Below the pieces are notes generated by a model. That model was given only the letters and a program-made list of their open reading frames with translations, made no database searches and was not told where the DNA came from. A DNA stretch of 29,439 bases from Octopus sinensis (lineage: Eukaryota). Numbering within the stretch: position 1 is the stretch's first letter; every line of letters starts with the position of its first letter. A program made the translations under genes and the position numbers. Shown one piece after another: positions 9,991-20,039 of this stretch. The stretch lies in the NCBI RefSeq assembly GCF_006345805.1, contig NW_021832925.1:1-29439 (forward strand), in the 5' to 3' direction.

Positions 9991-10649
9991 TTTACATTTA
10001 CAAACAAGAGCATTGTAGGGGGTGTGAAAGCAGGTGGGTGTGTGAATATAGGTGGGTGTCAGTCTGTGTGTGCAACCAAATAGAATCTCCCATTCCTTGC
10101 CCACTCCATCACTGCCACGTGTCCGTCGTATTTAACCTTAATGGACCAGAACCATTTGTTGATGACAACAAAAATGAACGCGGTGGATGATGAAGAAGTT
10201 GGTGGAGGCAGAGGAAGAAAAAATTAATGTAGGGGAGTTGATGTAGACAGTTGATGAAGAATATATCATAAGCATTAAATATTATTTTTGGTATTAAGAG
10301 TAGACCGGAGGCAGGGGACTTTAGTGACTATCTCGATCAACTGTTGCAACGGGCGACGAACACTAAATTGGAGATTTGGAAAACATGATAACAGCCGCTG
10401 AAATACAGTTGACAGTGATTAGTTAAACGGGGGTTCAAATCGCCTGGTTCTAAACCCTTGGATTTGTTCATTCCCTACCTTAGTAAATGTCGCATGCAAC
10501 AGATTGTAAACATCCCTTGTCCAATTACTCATGGAGCAGTGGTACTTGTGATAAAGGATCTGAACAAAGCTAATAGTTTGATCTCCATAATTCAACAAAG
10601 TGTCTAAAGTTTGTGACAAAATATTCGCAAAAGCGTTACAACTTATCGC

Positions 10650-10959
10650 CGATAGTATGGTCGGAGATGCGCTGATCTGTGCGAAGACTTGGGTGCACTT
10701 CAGTCGATGCATCATAGAAATTGTTGGTAATATACCTGGTTTCGATGAGACACCGGTCCATTTGGATCGATCTATACCTTTCAGTTTTGTTTATCATCAG
10801 TTCGTGGCATTAGCTCTCTATGCAGCCGGCTCCGGTGTCGTTTTCCGAGACTGGATTGTTTTAACGTACAGTGGAATCTGCTAGATGTTCAGATTGTGTG
10901 ACCACCAACAAGAACGTTTCAAATCACACGCCTGCTTTGTCAAGAGTATCCTCTTTCAT
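10650..10959 (-). mobile_element. Possible C-terminal half of a decayed LINE AP-endonuclease
   Basis: One frame reads KEDTLDKAGV*FETFLLVV..ENDTGAGCIES*CHELMINKT..QMDRCLIETRY..SDH, loosely matching the APE motifs N.NG, L.I.NT, QID and SDH. The spacing is imperfect. Confidence 0.35.
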
Positions 10960-11056
10960 CGCTCCAATACGTTTGCTAAGGCTTTTGAGCCAGAACACAA
11001 AGCTAAGGAATATTGAGGCTCATGCTGGGACGTAAGACAGCAATGTCGGTACATAC

Positions 11057-11101
11057 GGACTCTGCCATGGCGCCGGATATTTCGAAAGTGGAAACACTGC
11101 A
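11057..11101 (-). CDS. Candidate 45-nt symmetric internal exon
   Basis: gcattttatattttttcag|TGCAG..GAGTCC|gtatgt. Both splice sites are strong and all three frames are open (e.g. CSVSTFEISGAMAES or QCFHFRNIRRHGRV). Confidence 0.3.
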
Positions 11102-11916
11102 CTGAAAAAATATAAAATGCTAATAGGAGCACGTTAAGCAGCACATGTTGGTGAACAGCACATGAAGAGAGAAGTCTATGCCGGTTAGCATTGTTGAACA
11201 TTGGGTCGAAGGTCCTGATTACTATGTGGGGGATCTGGTTTAGGCCGTATTTCCAGACAGATAGAAACTGCAAGGAGGTGACAAGTAGGATGATCAATCT
11301 CATTAGGGAAAGAATTGAATGGAAAATATAAATGAAAGTTCAGGAAGAGGTGGCAAACACATATACCACCTCCTCTAGTTATGGCCATTTAACAACCCTA
11401 CGTTGCTCCCAATTTTCTTCTGACCAAAATGGAGTATCTGCTTTTACGCTTCGGTGGAAAAACGTATTCCACTGGTTCATTTGTTGCTTACAACTTCACC
11501 ACGGAATGTACAGGACGTTATAAGAAATTATGAGCACGCATGCGCTGAAGCTACAGCATTGTTTCACAATAAACTGCATTATTGAGTTGAGCAGAGACCA
11601 AGAATGGGTGCTTAGAATCTGGAATTCCGTCACGGATCTGTACCGACAAAGTTATACAGTTGTTAATATGTTAATTCTTGAAATCTACTAAGGGTTAAAG
11701 TGGAGAAAAACCACGATATTTGAGCAACGATCGGGGCATTAACAAAAATCAATCGAATAGCTAACTTATCTTAGAGAAATTTCAGTCCAAGAACTATGGA
11801 CAGCTTCCAGAAATATTTGGTCTGGAGGCGCTTTGTTGGAGGACATTGTTCGTTCGGATTAAACTATATAGGTACAGGAAGGCTCAGCAACCGAGTCGGC
11901 CCAAAATGCGTGCAGA

Positions 11917-12150
11917 GTGATAAAATCGTTCTGCACACACTTTTTCAAGCTGTTGGCTTGTATGATGATGCTGAACAATTGTAGGACGGACCCAATTAAC
12001 TCTCAGATCTATTGTAATGATCCCCACTCTATCACCGTTTTACCAGAAAGGCTTAAGATTTTCCTTCTCTTTGTTGATCATACCAAAAGAGGTTTCATCT
12101 TGGACGGGATTGGAAGGACCGAAGATATATATCTATCTCGCCGGTCAAGC
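11917..12150 (-). mobile_element. Decayed LINE (RTE-like) AP-endonuclease fragment
   Basis: IYIFGPSNPVQDETSFGMINKEKENLKPFW*NGDRVGIITIDLRVNWVRPTIVQHHHTSQQLEKVCAERFYH resembles the RTE APE segment IYSG..GVGF.INK..FW..SDRV..TIVQVYAPTS..E.FY. Confidence 0.5.
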
Positions 12151-12400
12151 TTTCAGCAGCATCCACGTGGATTCAAGTAAATTTGCTGAAATGTGAATGC
12201 GTATAGCGAGACTGACCCATGAGAACCGATCGGCCGGGGAACACAGCTGTTCTTCGGCCAAGATGTGCCCCTAGTGTTTAGGGTAATAATGGATGCGTGA
12301 AATGGTTTCATTGGTTTTTAGTTAGCTGTCTTTCTATCGGGACATCTCATTGCATTCACTATCTTTACTTTTGCTTACTATGTTTATTTCTGTTTTTAAG

Positions 12401-12439
12401 AATCGATTTTGCGTACCACTCCGCTTTCTTGCACTTACG
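12401..12439 (+). CDS. Candidate 39-nt symmetric exon
   Basis: Long T-rich tract, tttctgtttttaag|AATCG..CTTACG|gtaaat. All three frames are open (NRFCVPLRFLALT / IDFAYHSAFLHL / SILRTTPLSCTY). Confidence 0.25.
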
Positions 12440-12451
12440 GTAAATATATTT

Positions 12452-12475
12452 TCATCATCATCATCATCATCCTCA

Positions 12476-12515
<40 letters not shown>

Positions 12516-12549
12516 CGTCGTCATCATCATCATCATCATCATCATCAAT

Positions 12550-12595
<46 letters not shown>

Positions 12596-12631
12596 ATATC
12601 ATCATCATCATCATTATCATCAATATCATCG

Positions 12632-12680
<49 letters not shown>
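12452..12680. repeat. (CAT/CGT)n trinucleotide array
   Basis: Direct reading; source of the poly-D, poly-S, poly-I and poly-M ORFs. Confidence 0.97.
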
Positions 12681-12681
<1 letters not shown>

Positions 12682-13091
12682 TGCCAGGTTCTCGCCGACT
12701 TTTTCAAATTCCACTTGAAAAGGAGGGTGGGTGGGTGTTGTGAAGGGGGAAGTTCTGTCCCATCAGCCATTTTGTCGAAAGGTGGGCGAATGTGGGGAGG
12801 ATGATCCACGTGAATGGGTCTACTCTGAACATACGCTTGTAAGCCGGAGAAGCAGTTGAGAAGGAGAGAGGCCCCTGCAGAGGTGCTCCTGGAGGTCGGG
12901 CTAACCAGGATGTGTGGGGATCCTCTGTTTTCCCTGGGTGGGACACCCTGTTGGGGGAAATTTTATTGTTGTAGGTAATTGTTTTTGTTTCATTTCTATA
13001 CACGAAGTTTTGTGCTAAACACCAAGTGCCTCTTGTGATGTCCCGTCCCTTTTTTGTTTTGCGTTCGGCCCTCGTGGCCAAAAAAGGAAAC

Positions 13092-13122
<31 letters not shown>

Positions 13123-13157
13123 ATTATTATTATTATTGTTATTATCATTATTATTAT
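12681..13157 (+). mobile_element. 5'-truncated Tx1/L1-type LINE 3' end with 3' UTR and (ATT)n tail
   Basis: QVLADFFKFHLKRRV..(frameshift)..HFVERWANVGRMIHVNGSTLNIRL* (stop at 12840-12842) resembles a Tx1-clade ORF2 C-terminus from recall. About 250 nt of UTR follow, then (ATT)n from 13093. Confidence 0.5.
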
Positions 13158-13371
13158 TGAGTGAGAAACAGTACATGCCATCGAAATGACACTAGGGTAA
13201 AATATACGAAGCCCAGTATACCCGTCATGACTACCCGTCTGATAAGGGTACACTAGGCACATGCATCACAACCATATGTGCACGACATGGTGATCTCATA
13301 TTAAGATAAACAGCACATGACCCAGTTAGAATTTTCTTGTGGTCGAGTAGCCCATCCCGCTCAAAAGGTCC
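13158..13371 (-). mobile_element. Fragment of a further SINE-like repeat (family D) inserted in (ATT)n
   Basis: A GC-richer 214-nt block flanked by (ATT)n on both sides, recognised from recall as a common octopus repeat. The strand is inferred. Confidence 0.5.
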
Positions 13372-13376
13372 TATTA

Positions 13377-13429
<53 letters not shown>

Positions 13430-13468
13430 GTTGTTGTTGCTGTTGTTGTTGTTATTATTATTGTTATT

Positions 13469-13874
13469 TACTCTTTTACTCTTTTACTTGTTTCAGTCAT
13501 TTCAATGTGGCCATGCTGGAGCACAACCTTTAGTCGAGCAAATCGACCCCAGGACTTATTCTTTGGAAGCTTAGTACTTATTCTGTCGGTCTCTTTTGCC
13601 GAACTGCTAAGCTACGGGGACGTAAACACACCAACGTCGGATGTCAAGCGATGTTGGGGAGACAAACACAGACACACAAACATATACACACACATACGCA
13701 TAAATATTACAAATATACGACGGGCTTCTTTCGGTTTCCGTCTACCAAATCCACTCACAAGGCTTTGGTCGGCCCGAGGCTATAGTAGAAGACACTTGCC
13801 CAAGGTGCCACACAGTGAAACTGAACCCGGAACCATGTGGTTGGTAGGCAGCTACTTACCAGACAGCGACTCCT
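13469..13874 (-). mobile_element. SINE family A, near full length
   Basis: Colinear with 8576-8984. Confidence 0.93.
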
Positions 13875-13974
13875 TTGAAATTTCATTCGAAGGAAACAAA
13901 CTCCTCATACACAGCAAAACTTCACTGAACCCATGTATATGTAACGTGATACAATACACACACACACACACACA

Positions 13975-14020
<46 letters not shown>

Positions 14021-14172
14021 TAAGCACTGTGAAGTACCTTTTTCTGCTCGAGAGACAGCTTCACCCGATTGGATATAAAGATGTATATTTTATTGTTGTA
14101 TTTCGGGATGGTCATTTTTTTCCTTGTTACTAAATAAACACACGCACTGTGTATTTGTCCTTCACTCGTTGG

Positions 14173-14339
14173 TTACTGTTCTTATTCTAAATAATGTCCA
14201 TTGTCCAGAAATCTTTCGTCACAAATCTGTTACCTCTTCAGTGACCCTTTCCGTCTTTGTGTGTGCTCTTGCTCCGCTTAGTCTATGGACTAAGCCAAGA
14301 TTTCCAGACAATGGACATGAGTTAGAATAAGAACAGTAA
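14173..14339. mobile_element. Foldback/MITE-like element
   Basis: 43-bp inverted repeats at 14173-14215 and 14297-14339 (4 mismatches), with an internal perfect hairpin gcttagtc-tatg-gactaagc at 14276-14295. Confidence 0.65.
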
Positions 14340-14789
14340 TAAACGAGCAAAATAACCGTTCCGAAATACAAAAACAACATTTATTTCAACACACGGTTTC
14401 ACATCAGAAATTCATAAACATAAAAAATGTATATTTTCTCGTGTATCTAATCCATCCTCGGTGGCTTTACACTTTTCACTTCATGTGACTGATAACATTA
14501 AGAAATTCTCTCAGTTTTTCACCGCCTGAGGAAAGATACAATCTTCGAAACAGAACAGACCATAGGATAAAATTGCTGTAATATGGCCGTGCATTTTTTT
14601 CCTTTATATTGTCCCTTAGAAGATGACTTTTTCAGTTTATTCTCTCACTGAACAAACTTAATATCGTAGCCCCAAACATTTTATAATATATATATACATA
14701 AAGACTTTTGAGCACTTTTTTTCAGAAAAGCTGAGTTTAATTATGAAGTGCGCAATGGATTGTGCTGTTATCATGCAATATGTAATTTA

Positions 14790-14986
14790 TGTATACATAC
14801 AGACATACATATATATATATATATATATTCACGCACACACATACTCACATATATGTATATATAAATATATGAATATACGCATAGATATATGCACACATAG
14901 TATAACCTTACCTGTATATATATATGTATATATATCAAACTAAAATTATTGAACAAACAACATATTGATATATGTATATATATAAA

Positions 14987-15041
<55 letters not shown>

Positions 15042-15071
15042 CATACATACGTATATATTATATATATATAC

Positions 15072-15129
<58 letters not shown>

Positions 15130-15163
15130 CATACATACATACATACATACATACATACATACA

Positions 15164-15219
<56 letters not shown>

Positions 15220-15220
15220 G
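14790..15220. repeat. (TA)n/(TACA)n microsatellite
   Basis: Direct reading. Confidence 0.95.
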
Positions 15221-15353
15221 TAATCGATTGATACCTGCCGCAGTGTCATGTCTTTCTTATACAGGGTTTACTTGGAAACATTTTATAAATAGCCAGTAGA
15301 AATCTAACGATTGTTAAGTTAAAGTATTGCTGTCAACCTACCGTCGCTTCCAA

Positions 15354-15483
15354 CTAAGAGTCTAAAACAACGAATTCGTGATAGTCATCGTCAAGAAAAC
15401 CTTTTGGTTCACAGAGGTGCCGAGAAAGAAATTCTAACAGAATATCTAAGCTTAGGTCATCTGCCGCACGTACAAACAAGATC
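15354..15483 (-). CDS. Candidate coding exon E5, ILFVRAADDLSLDILLEFLSRHLCEPKGFLDDDYHEFVVLDS*
   Basis: Acceptor cattcatttaatacag|G. Only the phase-2 frame stays open, for 42 codons with protein-like composition. A strong donor ACG|gtaggt lies 12 nt after the TAG. Confidence 0.4.
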
Positions 15484-15799
15484 CTGTATTAAATGAATGT
15501 ATAAATTCATTAGATGAACAGATAAACAGACAGATAAAGATAATCATTAAAAAAAAACACATTTTTCGAGCATTGAAAACATTTAATTGAGACCTGAGTG
15601 AGATGATAGGATATAATACATAAATAAAGGAAACAAGAAGGGAAGAAATGAAGGTAAGAAGGAAGGAATAAAAGAAAGAAAGGAAGCAAGAAAGAAAGAA
15701 AGAAAGACAGAAAGAAGGTAAGAATGGCGGCTTTGTGTAAAAACAAACTGCAGAATGTTAGAAAAAGGAAGAGAGAAGGATAGAGAGTGCGAACTTAGG

Positions 15800-15845
15800 T
15801 ATCGTAGACAGCTGTTTCGACGTGTTACCGCGTTGAGCGGCGATA
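15800..15845 (-). ncRNA. Type I hammerhead relic with strongly degenerate core
   Basis: Minus strand: UAUCG-CCGCUCA-ACG-cggtaaca-CGU-C-GAAAC-AGCU-GUC-UA-CGAUA. The GAAACAGCUGUC signature is exact and stem I is UAUCG/CGAUA; only 4 of 7 core bases match CUGAUGA. Confidence 0.5.
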
Positions 15846-16280
15846 AAATGAAGTATATCAGATAACTAACTAATAATGAAGATGTCACTAACAGCGGAGA
15901 TGATGGAACAGGCAAATGAGATGACGTTCAAACTTGACCCCGACATTCTACAATTTACTTAACAATTTTAAACTGAAATACACCATGTTAGCTCAAAGTC
16001 CGCCATTAGCGTTCTCGCTGTCAGTTTTTCATACTTCCATTCTACTTTCATTTCATTTCATTTCTCCCTCTCTCTCCTTTTCTTTGTTTCTTCATTTCCC
16101 CTTCTTTCTTCCTTTCATTTCTTTCTTTTTTCTTTCTTTCTTTCGTACATTTTATTCTTCTTTCCTAACTTCTTTATCTTCCTTTCTTTCTTTCTCATTT
16201 TCTCACATACACTTACTCATGCGTTCTCCTTCTCACTCATTCACACTCTTTTTCACGAGCGCATGCGCGGTATATCTGTG

Positions 16281-16439
16281 CAGGTATTGTTTTGTGGTTA
16301 AGAAAACCTCTTCGCAGCTAGGTGGTTTCACGTTCGATTACACCTCACGGCACCTTAGTCAAGTGTTTCTACGCTATCCCCGGCTCGATCATTACATTGT
16401 GAATGAAATTTCTTAGAAGGAAACTATGAGGAGGCTTGT

Positions 16440-16442
<3 letters not shown>
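16281..16442 (+). mobile_element. Old, diverged SINE family A 5' half followed by (TACA)n
   Basis: gtggttaag..ggcaccttagtcaagtgtttct..ggaaactatgaggaggcttgt aligns loosely with the family A head. Confidence 0.6.
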
Positions 16443-16471
<29 letters not shown>

Positions 16472-16583
16472 CATACATACATACATACATACATACATAC
16501 ACACCCTGTTGCTGATGTGGAAATTCCAATGAAGGAACCTTGGGTGTAGGCTAGAAACTGGCTCTTTTTCTATTTTTCTATTC

Positions 16584-16730
16584 GTTATTCTTTTATTCGT
16601 TTCAGTCATTTGACTGCGGCCATGCTGGAGCACCGCCTTCAGTCGAGCAATCGACCCCAGAACTTATTTTTGTAAGCCTAGTAGTTATTCTATCGGTCTC
16701 TTTTGCCGAACCGCTAAGTAACGGGGACGT
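16584..16730 (-). mobile_element. SINE family A, 3' half
   Basis: ttcagtcatttgactgcggccatgctggagcaccgcc..ccgctaagtaacggggacgt. Confidence 0.92.
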
Positions 16731-17460
16731 TACGTCTTCCTAGGTCATACCCCAAGTTTGTTTTCTGTAGTATTTCTCTCAAAGGGATCATTCCCAGCAC
16801 AAAGATCAGTGGAGACACACCGTCCCCGGGAAGATTCCTCTCTTGATTTTCATCTCTCCTAATACTTGACACCCTGCTGTCAATTCTGTTCACCATTTTA
16901 TACTCTTCCATAAAAGGATTCTCATGTTTTCTGTTACTCCTTACATTTCCATTGTTCTATTACCCAGGAGTGTGGTATCATATCGTATGCTTTCTGTGTC
17001 TTCTCTTGCAGTTTCTGATTGTTAGATTATCGATTAAGAGCTGATCCTTCGTTCCCTGACTCCTCTTTCGGCACCCTTTCTGTTCAACAGGCAGCAGCTT
17101 GCTTTTTTCTAAGTATCTATACAGTTCACCGGCCAAAGTACCTGACATTAATTTCTACATTAGCAGAAGACACGTCATTGGTCCAAAGTTGGATGCAACA
17201 TTTCCCTTTTCAGGATCCTTGGCACATAACAATGTCTTTCCTTTTGTCATCCAGCTGGGTACTGCGCCTTCCTGCGGGCACTCATCTAGCTTTTTCGCTA
17301 TCCCTTCATGGAACCCTCTCAGCTTCTTTATCCAATGACGTCAGACACCATCCGGTCCTAGACTCTTCCAATTTGGGAGTTTTCTTAACTGTTTATTTAT
17401 AATTTCTGTTGTTCTCCAGTATGTCCTGCATTCCTCGGCATCTAGAATCATTGTTACTAC
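16731..17460 (-). mobile_element. R4/Dong-clade non-LTR retrotransposon reverse transcriptase relic
   Basis: [92 protein letters not shown](P)GDGVSPLIFVLGMIPLREILQKTNLGY, with stops, frameshifts and deletions. Confidence 0.9.
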
Positions 17461-18009
17461 GTGCATTTGCCTATCTCTTCAGTCCAAGCCAACCGGCAGG
17501 GGACCTTGTGTGTAGATCAAGAACGAGATGGTCAGATAATTCTATAATCTCAGTCAGTCTGGTATGGGAATTCAACTGGAAAGTCTAAAGACTGATGCTT
17601 GTCGCGGAGATACCTGAGGACTCTGCTCTCACACAAGACCCTCCCAGGAACAGTCGGTGGAGAAGATGGATGGATAGATTGATGGATGGATGGAGTGTTT
17701 CGGAATCAGATGCCTGCAACAGTGTGGACTTCAGAAAACGCACTCAAGGACAAGTGTGTGGTGTTAAACCAGGCGACGCTTTAAGTGTTTCACTGTAGTA
17801 GACTTAAGAAAAAAAAACAGTTTGTAGCGTCAATCAGCCTAATGGATAAATTGAATCTACGACACATGAAATATTGTATGAGTTGAGTAAAATTTCGTTG
17901 TTATTTCTAGCAAGCGAAGGCCCTACGTTTCCCTTATGGTGTTGTAGTCGTTGTTGTTATGTCTGAGTGTGTTGCAGCTGCTGTTGTGAATGTTGCTCTG
18001 ACTGTTGTA

Positions 18010-18410
18010 TACTCTTTTATTCTTTTACTTGTTTCAGTCATCTGACTGCCGCCATGCTGGAGCACCGCCTTTAATCGAGCAACTCGACTCCGGGACTTAT
18101 TCTTTTGTAAGCCCAGTACTTATTCTATCGGTCTGTTTTGCCGAACCGCTAAGTAACGGGGACATAAACACACCAGCATCGGTTGTCAAGCAATGCTAGG
18201 GGAACACAGATACACAAACACACACACGCATACATATATATATACATATATACGACAGGCTTCTTTCAGTTTCCGTCTACCAAATCCACTCACAAGGCTT
18301 TGGTCGGCCCGAGGCTATAGTAGAAGACACTTGCCCAAGGTGCCATGCAGTGGGACTGAACCCGGGACCATGTGGTTGGTAAACAAGCTACTTACCACAC
18401 AGCCACTCCT
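18010..18410 (-). mobile_element. SINE family A, near full length
   Basis: Colinear with 8576-8984. Confidence 0.94.
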
Positions 18411-18429
18411 TTCTAATATTGTGTTTGTT

Positions 18430-18620
18430 ATGGGTGTTGTTGTTTTGATTAACCCTAAATCAGCTTTGACGAGCAGATCTATGATCAAAGGGGTTCCAAA
18501 CATGACCGTTCTATAGTTTCATGGGCATCTAAGATGACAGTGTGTCCTTTCGTTTCCCAAGGCACCACTGAGTGACTCAAGATGGCTTTTCAGCTATTTC
18601 TAGCAGGTCGAGCCACCATG
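18430..18620 (-). mobile_element. Short repeat family E; an inverted partner tail lies at 18940-19015
   Basis: gttgttgttttgattaaccctaaatcagc..agatctatgatcaaagg..gctatttctagcaggtcgag; the first part is complementary to ctttgattataggtttgc..ggggctaaacaacatcaac at 18940-19015. Confidence 0.5.
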
Positions 18621-18633
18621 TAGAGCAGCCATA

Positions 18634-18845
18634 GGCAATTGCCGCCCGTGGTACTTCCTGAATAGCATGCCAACGAAAAATTACCATGAATTCTTTTAAT
18701 TGTCCGGCTCACAGGAATGATGATCAATGTCTCATGCGGCCAGCTTCTCGAAAAACGTCGCCTGAGCTGAAACAGTATCATCAGGTGCCAATAACGGGAG
18801 ACCCTATGTTGTGACGTCGTCCTGCTGGAACAAGCAGTCAAATCC
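18634..18845 (-). mobile_element. Highly decayed Tc1-type transposase fragment
   Basis: GFDCLFQQDD..ATFFEK..DHHSCEPDN*KNSW..YHGRQL resembles FQQDN..AFFE..DWPSCSPD..ENLW..YxNGRQF. Confidence 0.45.
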
Positions 18846-19019
18846 CCCTCATATCAATCGGTGCTTTCGTAAAAATAAAAGAAAAGACGTATTGGATATG
18901 TAGTTCTAAATATAAAATATTAGAATAAAAAGGTGGGGTGGTCGTGGTTGGTATCTTTGATTATAGGTTTGCTGGATGAAGGGTTTACCTGGGGCTAAAC
19001 AACATCAACAGCAACGCTT

Positions 19020-19226
19020 AACCACTCCCCCTACACGACCACTACGACCACCGCTATCACCACCACCGTCACTACCGCTACCACCACCACCACCACCACC
19101 ACTACCACGACGACAACGACGACGACGACGACCACGACGACGACCACGACCACCATCACGACCACCACCACGACCACCACGACGACCACCACCACGACCA
19201 CCACGACGTCCACCGCCACCACCAAC

Positions 19227-19258
<32 letters not shown>

Positions 19259-19340
19259 CACCACCACCACCACTATCACGCCCACACTACCGCTATGTCC
19301 ACAATCAACAGCGACAACAATGACAACACCAACACTATCA
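19020..19340. repeat. (CAC/GAC)n trinucleotide array
   Basis: Direct reading. Confidence 0.95.
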
Positions 19341-19746
19341 TTAACAAAACCAACGCAGTAATACACCCGATCGGGATACGGTTATCCATCATCTGTCACG
19401 TTAGAACCGTCTCAGTTACCCACCCACCCCACCAACCCACCCACAAACATAGCTGACTCCCCAGTTATCTCGTTAAAACTAAACTAAAACATCTGACCAT
19501 CGCAGTTGTCACTCTTGGTTTTAAGTTTATGACCATCAATGCAGCATATTAAGGGTATCGGGTGGATCTAGACGCTGTCCTCCCTTTAGTCGATCATAAA
19601 CCATGATGTATTGTGTTTGTATGCATGTATGTATGTATGTTGTCTGTATGCATTCTGTAGGTATGTCATATACATCTGTATGTATGTATGTATGTGTCTG
19701 TGTATATACACATACATATATATCATGTGTTTATATATACGATATA

Positions 19747-19816
<70 letters not shown>

Positions 19817-19819
<3 letters not shown>

Positions 19820-19973
19820 CCCTTTTACTTGTTTCTGTCATTTGACTGCGGCCATGCTGGAGTACCGCCTTTAGTCGAGCAAATCGACTCCAGGACTTAT
19901 TCTTTGCAATCCTAGTACTTATTCTATCGGTCTCTCTTGCCGAACTGCTAGAATACGGGGACGTAAACACACC
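19817..19973 (-). mobile_element. SINE family A, 3' half, next to a long pure (TA)n
   Basis: ccttttacttgtttctgtcatttgactgcggcc..gacgtaaacacacc. Confidence 0.92.
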
Positions 19974-20039
19974 TGGTCCTTTAGATGAGGTAAATCTACG
20001 GATTAAAAAGTAGTAGAAAGGCCAAGAACCCTCATAAAA

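Noticed and set aside
10272-10884. Protein-looking plus-strand frames, including DETPVHLD (pogo-like)
   Set aside because: The frames are interrupted by multiple stops and show no second DDE motif; antisense LINE origin explains the region at least as well.
12334-12714. Poly-Asp ORF ending at a good minus-strand donor (ACC|gtaagt)
   Set aside because: The body is a (CAT)n array abutting a LINE fragment, and there is no acceptor.
14526-14551. CUGAGGA-AAGAU-aca-AUCUU-C-GAAAC hammerhead core
   Set aside because: Both core strands are present, but no stem I or helix III can be formed in any topology.
16528-16562. ccaatgaaggaacc..ggctagaaactggct as a hammerhead
   Set aside because: The core and cleavage triplet are both broken and there is no stem I.
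4698-19970. Recurring peptides such as RLWSARGYSRRHLPKV..EPGTMWLVSK and FDCGHAGAPPLVEQ
   Set aside because: They are translations of SINE family A copies, not a protein family.
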